A DNA stretch of 64,000 bases, taken from an uncultured Bdellovibrionales bacterium. GTDB lineage: Bacteria; Patescibacteriota; Minisyncoccia; Moranbacterales; UBA1568. This document shows positions 57,479 to 64,000 of this stretch, piece after piece (within the stretch, counting starts at the first letter, position 1; each line of letters starts with the position of its first letter). The position numbers were made by a program, and so were the translations under genes. The stretch spans positions 25,447-89,446 of the forward strand of contig CAZQLN010000003.1 of the NCBI GenBank assembly GCA_964594215.1. The letters run 5' to 3'. The notes beneath the pieces are model-generated. The model saw nothing but the letters and a program-made list of their open reading frames with translations. It did no database searches and was not told where the DNA came from.

Positions 57479-57901
57479 ATGAAGAAGATGTACCTTTCAA
57501 TTGTTGCTATCGCGGCCTCGCTTGCCATAACGCCTGCATTCGCTGAACCGACGACGGTCAGCGTCGATTCACCTCTCGGTGTTTCGGCCGTTTCTGATGC
57601 ATCGGTCATCGCCATGCCGGCTATTCCCGGTGGCAATGTCGACTATGCCAGGAACCCTGATTTTTTCGCAAACGCCTCGCTGTGCGTTTCGAATCCTGAC
57701 GGTAACTGGGCGATTAGGCGCGATGGGACGCTCGACACCTTCAATCCTGAACGTCGGGCAGCGTGCGCACCGATCGTCAATGGTCAGGCTGCCGTATCTG
57801 GCAACTTCGTCCGTGGCGCCACGCCGTTCATTATGCGCGACGGCCGCATTCTGGCCTGGGCTGGTCGTGATCGGCTCAAGGGGTTGCCGCCTATCCGGTA
57901 A
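57479..57901 (+). CDS. secreted hypothetical protein (140 aa)
   Basis: GGAG SD, signal MKKMYLSIVAIAASLAITPAFA, two Cys, GC-rich codons. Confidence 0.75.
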   Translation: MKKMYLSIVAIAASLAITPAFAEPTTVSVDSPLGVSAVSDASVIAMPAIPGGNVDYARNPDFFANASLCVSNPDGNWAIRRDGTLDTFNPERRAACAPIVNGQAAVSGNFVRGATPFIMRDGRILAWAGRDRLKGLPPIR

Positions 57902-57922
57902 ATCCGGACAATCGGCACACGA

Positions 57923-57981
57923 GTCTCGGGAGGAAATGTTTGTACTTGTACACGCATTTCCTCCTGGGCTTTTTCTTTTTA
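57923..57981 (+). terminator. long terminator hairpin
   Basis: gtctcgggaggaaatg...catttcctcctgggc followed by tttttcttttt. Confidence 0.75.
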
Positions 57982-57997
57982 GACTCTCTTTACTTAC

Positions 57998-59371
57998 TTA
58001 GAGGGTCTTTTTTGTGCCTTGTTTTTGGGTGAGCGCCAGAAGAGCTCCAAAGAGGACAAAGTAAATCCATTCCACAGGAGTGTTTTTGAAAATATTGTCT
58101 GTAAAACCGGCTATAAAAAGACAACCAGTGAAGAGAAGCATAATAAGGCTAAGATCCTGGATGAGTGGTTCAGAAGTGGTTTTTTTGATACGAAGAAGTA
58201 GATAGCTGAGCCAACCATAAAAGAACAGTAGCACGCCGAGACCGAGGATTCCGCCCTCAATAAAGAATTTAACGAAGTCATTGTGAGCGTCATTGGAGCC
58301 GGCAACGGAGTCTCTCACGGTGCTTGCGAAGAGAGGAAAAGTGTTAATACCAGAACCGAGGAGGACACGATCGTCTTGGAATGTTTTGGTAATAACATCA
58401 CTCCACAGTGTCTTGCGCCAGACAATGGAACTGTCAGGGTCAGGCGAGAAACTTTCGGCTACACGGTCTTGGAAAGCGGGTGATATGAAGAGGAGAAAAA
58501 GTGGAAGAATAATGAGAGGAATAAGGAGGACTCGGTATCTGAAGAAGGCTAGACCAAGAACAAAGAGAAAGGTGATGAGCCAGGCTACACGGGCAAAGGT
58601 GAGAAAGAGAAGGAGTAGAAGTAGGAAGAGTATCCCGTAGAGAGGAAGAGAGAATAAGCTTTTGTTTTTTGGTGCAACGCTTCTTTGGTAGATGAGCCAG
58701 ACAATAAGAAGGGCAAATAGATAGAGGGAAAGGGTATTCGGATGAGCAAAAGTACCAAAAATACGAGGGATAGAGACATCAGCGTCACTGAAACCAATAT
58801 GGTTGAAGTATTGGTAAAGGGCGACAAGGCCAGGGATGACAGCTGATAATAAAAGAGCAAGGAGAAGTTTTTTAAAATCTTTCGGGGTACGGACAAAGAG
58901 AAATCCCAAAAGCCCAATAACGTAGAGATCGAAGATGCGAATGATTTCTGTGAGACTGGTAGTCCAGGAAAGAGAATAAGCAAGAGTTACTGTACCCCAA
59001 AGAATAAGGAGAAGAAATGGACCAGTGAGAAGAAGGTGCTTCTGTCTTTCTCGGTAGAGGTAGATAAGGTAGAGACCGAGAAGCCCTATAGCTAAACCAA
59101 GAATCTGTGAGAGTGAGAGATTATAATCACGGACCGTGATAGTGACATACTGGGAGGAGTAGTCGAGTGACATACGGGCAATGATAAGAAGGCTGAGGAA
59201 AGTGAGGGGTCGCTCACGAAAAAGAATGAAAAAACCAATTCCACCAAAAATGACTATAGGGATAGCTAAATTGAAATCAAGGGCAATACCAAAAGTAAGC
59301 CCGATGAAAATAAGGAGAGTAATAATAATTGCGCTTCTGGGAATAGTGAAGGGTTCTTTTATTTGTGCCAT
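57998..59371 (-). CDS. O-antigen ligase/Wzy_C-family membrane protein
   Basis: Multi-TM, RIFGTFAHPN, TFARVAW, GSGINTF, AHNDF. Confidence 0.87.
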   Translation of the reverse strand: MAQIKEPFTIPRSAIIITLLIFIGLTFGIALDFNLAIPIVIFGGIGFFILFRERPLTFLSLLIIARMSLDYSSQYVTITVRDYNLSLSQILGLAIGLLGLYLIYLYRERQKHLLLTGPFLLLILWGTVTLAYSLSWTTSLTEIIRIFDLYVIGLLGFLFVRTPKDFKKLLLALLLSAVIPGLVALYQYFNHIGFSDADVSIPRIFGTFAHPNTLSLYLFALLIVWLIYQRSVAPKNKSLFSLPLYGILFLLLLLLFLTFARVAWLITFLFVLGLAFFRYRVLLIPLIILPLFLLFISPAFQDRVAESFSPDPDSSIVWRKTLWSDVITKTFQDDRVLLGSGINTFPLFASTVRDSVAGSNDAHNDFVKFFIEGGILGLGVLLFFYGWLSYLLLRIKKTTSEPLIQDLSLIMLLFTGCLFIAGFTDNIFKNTPVEWIYFVLFGALLALTQKQGTKKTL

Positions 59372-59997
59372 GTCAGTGTGTAAGTCATAGTAAAACCACA
59401 GAAACGATGAGCGGTAAGAGTGGCATTAGGAAGTTTGGTGAGGTTAGCAAGAGAAAGAAGATCAGCCTTACTTAAAAGAGACATATAGCCATCAGCGGCC
59501 CAAGATTTACCAATCAGTTTCAAGAATTTATCAAAAAGAGATTGAGGGAGAATTAAGTGAAGGAAAGGGATACGAGTGTGGACTTCTATAGGAAAGTGAC
59601 GATTGGGGGTAGTGAGATAGCCGCGACGACTAACACGAGCCAATTCTCGAAGAAAAGCGAGCTGAGCGTCCCAATTACCCACATGTTCTATAACGGCGTT
59701 GCTGTAAGCGATATCAAACTGATTGTCCTCAAAAGGAAGGTTGGTGCCGTCAGCTTGTATACAAGTAATGGTTGGATAGAGGGTCTGAAGAGCGGCCGGG
59801 TCATCAAGACTGACGACAGTAATCTGTTTTGGATAGGGATAGTGTTTTTCGAGATAGTTATCGGTATCTGAATACTCTCGGGCATTAGCACCCACATCAA
59901 GAATCGTCTCAGTGGGCGTTGGTGAGAGTTGTGAAAGAAAAAAAGTATATTTCTTAGCACGACTTTTGGCTGAGATACGGTAGGCAAAACTTTTCAT
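59359..59997 (-). CDS. class I SAM-dependent methyltransferase
   Basis: ILDVGA, ADGTNLPFEDNQFDIAYSNAVIEHV, TPNR. Confidence 0.9.
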   Translation of the reverse strand: MKSFAYRISAKSRAKKYTFFLSQLSPTPTETILDVGANAREYSDTDNYLEKHYPYPKQITVVSLDDPAALQTLYPTITCIQADGTNLPFEDNQFDIAYSNAVIEHVGNWDAQLAFLRELARVSRRGYLTTPNRHFPIEVHTRIPFLHLILPQSLFDKFLKLIGKSWAADGYMSLLSKADLLSLANLTKLPNATLTAHRFCGFTMTYTLTWHK

Positions 59998-60069
59998 GAC
60001 AAGAAGAAATTTACTCTCTTTATAATACCCTCTATACTAGAGTATAGCATCAAGTAAGAAGACTACTCA

Positions 60070-61278
60070 ATGAAAATTCTCCTCATCAACAAATACCACT
60101 TTCTTAGGGGTGGTGCGGAAAGAGCCTATCTAGATATGGGCGAGATTTTGACTCAGGCCGGACATGAAGTGGCATATTTTGCTATGCAGGATTCTCAGAA
60201 TCTTCCAACCCCCTGGTCACGTTTTTTTGTGACAGCTGTTGATTATCATCGAGAACAGAGTCTGTGGCAGAAACTCCGCGTCGCCCTACGAATTGTTTGG
60301 AACCATGAAGCTAACAAAAAACTAGATGCTTTGATCCAAGAATTTGAACCAGATGTAGTGCATCTTCATAATATCTACCATCAACTCTCGCCAAGTATCT
60401 TGCACGTGCTTAAGAGATACCGTATACCCACGGTGATGACCCTTCATGATTACAAGATTGTTTCTCCAAGCTACACGTTATTTGCTAATGATGCCATTTG
60501 GAAGCACACTTCGGGGTTTAGAGCTATTCGAGATAAGGTGGTAGATCACTCATTTTCGAAGAGCGCTGTTTGCGCTTTTGAGGGGTGGTTTCATAAGCTA
60601 CTAGGAAGTTATCGGGGCGTTGATCGCTTGATCTCGCCGAGTCATTTCCTGAAAAATCTTTGTCAGGAACTTGGTGTGAAGCAAGAGATCGCTGTCATTC
60701 CAAATCCACTTCTTCATATTCCTCAAAATCAGTTCTCTCAGGTACCGAATAGACTTCTTTATGTGGGGAGGCTTTCAGCAGAAAAAGGGGTGGCTTTTTT
60801 ATTACAAACCTTAGCAGAGTATGCCCCAAATAAATATCTTCGTATCATTGGGGCTGGGCCAGAAGTAAACTTCCTAAAGGAAAAGGTACAAGAACTTAAG
60901 CTTGGTGATCGAGTAGAGTTTTGTGGAGCGCTTCATGGAGAAGATCTTGATCGAGAAGTTTTGAGTGCTGAAGCTTTGATAGTACCCTCTCTCTGGTACG
61001 AAAATTTGCCATACGTCGTAACTGAAAATCAGGCTCGCGGAGTGGTAGTCATAGCGAGCGCAAGTGGTGGCGTCACTGAGCGTATCCATCATGGAGTCAA
61101 TGGTTATCTTTTCCCTATAGGGGATAAGAAGGCTCTCGGGAAAATACTCGAGCAACTTAATCCTCAGGATTCAGAATCTATCCGTATGCAGGCTAAGCTT
61201 GATACGAGAGACCTTTCTCCGGAGCTGTTTCTTGAACGGATAGAGGCTCTCTATAAAGAACTTCTTAAAGAAGACTAA
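60070..61278 (+). CDS. glycosyltransferase family 4
   Basis: RGGAE, HLHNIYHQLS, VGRLSAEKG, PSLWYENLP. Confidence 0.92.
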   Translation: MKILLINKYHFLRGGAERAYLDMGEILTQAGHEVAYFAMQDSQNLPTPWSRFFVTAVDYHREQSLWQKLRVALRIVWNHEANKKLDALIQEFEPDVVHLHNIYHQLSPSILHVLKRYRIPTVMTLHDYKIVSPSYTLFANDAIWKHTSGFRAIRDKVVDHSFSKSAVCAFEGWFHKLLGSYRGVDRLISPSHFLKNLCQELGVKQEIAVIPNPLLHIPQNQFSQVPNRLLYVGRLSAEKGVAFLLQTLAEYAPNKYLRIIGAGPEVNFLKEKVQELKLGDRVEFCGALHGEDLDREVLSAEALIVPSLWYENLPYVVTENQARGVVVIASASGGVTERIHHGVNGYLFPIGDKKALGKILEQLNPQDSESIRMQAKLDTRDLSPELFLERIEALYKELLKED

Positions 61279-63349
61279 TGCGAGCATCAAGAGCGAGCGC
61301 CTTTTTACCCTTAGGAAAGACCAGAAAAGGATTAACATCAAGTGATTCTATCTCAGGATGATTGATGGCTAGATTGCTTAAATTGAGGATAGCTTCGTAG
61401 ATTGGCTCGAGGTCGATTGGAAGCTCACCACGAGTACCCTCAAGGAGAGCCTTACTTTTGAGCTCTCCAAGCATTTCGGTTACATCATTTCGTGTCAGTG
61501 GTGCGAAGCGTAAACTGGCATCTTGGAAGACCTCGACATAGATACCCCCTAAACCTACAACAACTACCTTGCCGAGACCTGGTTCGGTTTTGATGCCAAG
61601 GATGAGTTCTTTACCATGGGTACTGTCGATTTGTTCATTGATGGAAACCCCTTTAATTTCAGCATGAGGTACATTTTTGGTAATGGTTTCAATCAGGGTG
61701 TCGTAAGCGCTACCGATATTTTCTGGAGGGATATTCAAGAGCACGCCACCAGCATCTGATTTATGAATAATTTCTGGTGAAATAATTTTAAGAACTACTG
61801 GAGTACTAAAGAGACGGGCGTTTTCTTCGGCGTCAGCTCGTGAGGTAACCGTGACGGCTCGGGGAAAAGTAAAGCCGTAATTCATCAACACTGATTCAAC
61901 TTCGATAGCGAGGAGTTGAGTCTTTTTTTCTTTGACAGCCTTCTCGATAATCTGAGCTACGGTGGCGTTACTCTGATTAGGAAGAGTTATTTCTTCGGGA
62001 GTGTTTTTAGCCCAAACAGAAAGCGTATGAAGAGCACCTAAGGCATTTGCTCCGGCTTCGGCCATTTGATAGGTGGCAATAACGGGGTCAAGTAAGGCGC
62101 GAGCTTCTTTGAAGGAATCTTTACCAGCAAACACAGCCGCAAGAGGAAGGGTGGATTTTTCGCGGAAACGGACCAAAGCTTCAGCTGTAGTAGTAGCTTC
62201 GGTCATAGACTGTGGAGTAACAATAACGAGAATCATCTCGACGCCCTGGTCTGCTCCAATAAGTGCCAACGCTTCTTCATAGCGTTTTGTCGGAGCATCA
62301 CCAAGGACATCAACTGGATTGTGACTACTTGCGGCTGGTGGGAGTAGCTCTTGGAGTGCTTTGGTTGTTTCTGGACTGAGTTCTGCAAGCTTAAGACCCT
62401 TTTTGCTCACTGCATCACTTGCGAGAACCCCAAGACCGCCAGCATTGGTGAGGATAGCTACATGAGGGCCAGCTGGAAAAGAATTTTTGGAAGTAATAAG
62501 AAGATTATCAAGAAACTCTTGAAAGGTTTCCGCACGGAGGATATGAGCCTGTTTAAAAAGAGCAGAATAAGCCATATCACTTCCAGCGAGCGAACCTGTA
62601 TGAGAACTGGAAGCCTTACTTCCAGCCTCAGTAGCGCCACTCTTAAGAACAACGGCGGGTTTAGTGAGAGAACGACCAGCCTCTATGAAACTACGAGCAT
62701 CAGTAACATCCTCACTGTAAAAACCAATCACATGAGTGTTAGTTTCTGTATTGAAATAGGTAAGAAAATCTTTTTCTTGAAGAGCGGTTTTGTTACCAAT
62801 ACTTAGAAACTGTGAAAAAGAGAGGCTTTCATGAGTCATGTCGAGAAGTGCTGTTGAGAGTGCGCCGCTCTGTGAGAAAAAGCCAATGCTACCAGAATTG
62901 GGCATTTGCTTAGCAAAGGAGGCATTGAGTTTAATATGCGGATTGATATAGCCGAGACAGTTCGGCCCGAGGAGGGTGAGATCGTACTTCTTAACGAGGT
63001 CAAGAAGAGCTGTTTCGCGAGCCTTACCCTCTTCACCAGTCTCTTTGAAACCAGCGGAAATAATAACAATATTTTTGACACCCTTTTCACCACATTCCTC
63101 AACTATGGGGATAACTATGGCGGCAGGAACTACTACGATAGCAAGATCAACCACTTCGGGTACTTCTTTGATTGAAGCGAAGCAGGGCAGATCATAAAGA
63201 AGCGTGGCCTTAGGATTTACAGGATAGGCTCGGCCTTCATACCCGTAGGTGACAATATTTTTGACAACATCATTACCAACGGAGCCAACATTCGTAGAGG
63301 CACCAATAATGGCTATAGAGGCGGGTTGTAGAAGGTTTTGGAGAGGCAT
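61265..63349 (-). CDS. acetate--CoA ligase (ADP-forming), fused alpha/beta
   Basis: IIGAS, ISAGFKE, GPNCLG, SQSGA, ASSSHTGSLAG, HKSDAGGV, LDVNP. Confidence 0.92.
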   Translation of the reverse strand: MPLQNLLQPASIAIIGASTNVGSVGNDVVKNIVTYGYEGRAYPVNPKATLLYDLPCFASIKEVPEVVDLAIVVVPAAIVIPIVEECGEKGVKNIVIISAGFKETGEEGKARETALLDLVKKYDLTLLGPNCLGYINPHIKLNASFAKQMPNSGSIGFFSQSGALSTALLDMTHESLSFSQFLSIGNKTALQEKDFLTYFNTETNTHVIGFYSEDVTDARSFIEAGRSLTKPAVVLKSGATEAGSKASSSHTGSLAGSDMAYSALFKQAHILRAETFQEFLDNLLITSKNSFPAGPHVAILTNAGGLGVLASDAVSKKGLKLAELSPETTKALQELLPPAASSHNPVDVLGDAPTKRYEEALALIGADQGVEMILVIVTPQSMTEATTTAEALVRFREKSTLPLAAVFAGKDSFKEARALLDPVIATYQMAEAGANALGALHTLSVWAKNTPEEITLPNQSNATVAQIIEKAVKEKKTQLLAIEVESVLMNYGFTFPRAVTVTSRADAEENARLFSTPVVLKIISPEIIHKSDAGGVLLNIPPENIGSAYDTLIETITKNVPHAEIKGVSINEQIDSTHGKELILGIKTEPGLGKVVVVGLGGIYVEVFQDASLRFAPLTRNDVTEMLGELKSKALLEGTRGELPIDLEPIYEAILNLSNLAINHPEIESLDVNPFLVFPKGKKALALDARISLL

Positions 63350-63416
63350 AATGTATATTGGTTTTTAGCTATTTTTAGGGCTCTTTTATGACTTATTATA
63401 GCGGAAAAGAGCAGTA

Positions 63417-63445
63417 TTGACAAAATATCAGAAATTTGCTATGAT
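63417..63445 (+). promoter_or_regulatory. sigma70-type promoter
   Basis: TTGACA-17 nt-TATGAT. Confidence 0.75.
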
Positions 63446-63475
63446 GACAGGTCTAATAAGTTTTAAGACCAACCT

Positions 63476-64000
63476 ATGTCAAAGAGTAAATTTTGGCTTT
63501 CAAAAGAGGTTTTGATGGGTTTTGCCCTTATCATTTTGGTAGTGGCACCTATCTTCGCTTTTGGTAAGTCTGGCGTTGTTTACGTCAATGAAGATGCAAA
63601 GGGTAAAGAGGATGGTACCGCAGCTAACCCGTATAAAACCATTTCCAAGGCTTTGAAAAAAGCTAAGAAAGGTGATGAGGTGCGTGTACGTAATGGTACC
63701 TACACTGAAAATATCACTATCCCAAGTGGGGTAGAGGTAGTGAGTGTTAGTGGTAATCGCGAAAAAGTTATCATCAAAGCAGATAAGGATGATCAACCAG
63801 CCGTTACCATGAAAGATGGTACTCGTTTGACTCGGGTCACCGTCAAGGGTGGACGTCATGGTGTTCGTGTAGAAAGTGATGCTAAGGCAACTATCTACAA
63901 TGTAATCATCAAGGACAGTAAGCGAGATGGTATTCATGCTGATAAGGCTCGACTTGAAAAGAGTAAGCAGCTAGTCATCGACAAAGTACAAATCCATGAC
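63476..64000 (+). CDS. secreted DUF1565/right-handed beta-helix protein, 3'-truncated; not in the supplied ORF track
   Basis: Hand translation: MSKSKFWLSKEVLMGFALIILVVAPIFAFG...VYVNED...DGTAANPYKTISKAL...GDEVRVRNGTYTENI; open to the window end. Confidence 0.85.
   Translation, partial: MSKSKFWLSKEVLMGFALIILVVAPIFAFGKSGVVYVNEDAKGKEDGTAANPYKTISKALKKAKKGDEVRVRNGTYTENITIPSGVEVVSVSGNREKVIIKADKDDQPAVTMKDGTRLTRVTVKGGRHGVRVESDAKATIYNVIIKDSKRDGIHADKARLEKSKQLVIDKVQIHD

Noticed and set aside
63500-63937. 145-aa minus-strand ORF from the track
   Set aside because: The real gene is on the + strand from 63476, with a promoter, signal and DUF1565-like motif.
1-64000. Alternative genetic code (TGA=Gly, as in Gracilibacteria/Absconditabacteria)
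   Set aside because: Core genes are full length under code 11 and several ORFs end at TGA.

Overview
A 64-kb stretch of a small-genome bacterial chromosome, almost all on the + strand and read with the standard code (TGA = stop). The gene content points to Patescibacteria/CPR, probably Parcubacteria; this is my inference, not a database result. The evidence is the short archaeal-type AspRS, frr directly next to rseP, an ADP-forming acetate-CoA ligase, truncated PEP-utilizer proteins and mostly SD-less starts. Core genes are secD/secF, tyrS, pheS/pheT, aspS, mreBCD-mrdA, greA, lysS, serS, tRNA-Lys(UUU), frr and rseP, plus scattered surface-glycan genes. Six accessory features stand out. (1) A duplicated signalling cassette: two 10-Cys membrane-anchored proteins, each paired with a ~7-TM histidine kinase, plus an orphan soluble protein and a double-receiver regulator. 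(2) A GC-richer group of secreted orphan genes, one beta-barrel-like, flanked by strongly structured RNA, including a ~260-nt multi-hairpin element and SD-occluding switches. (3) Three tandem stand-alone RNAP alpha-CTD/HhH-like mini-proteins. (4) A modular dikinase-like pair with three phospho-His domains. (5) A leader-peptide attenuator upstream of an MFS gene. (6) A CYTH/kinase/NUDIX cluster. No CRISPR array, rRNA or transposase was seen. All calls come from motif recognition by eye.
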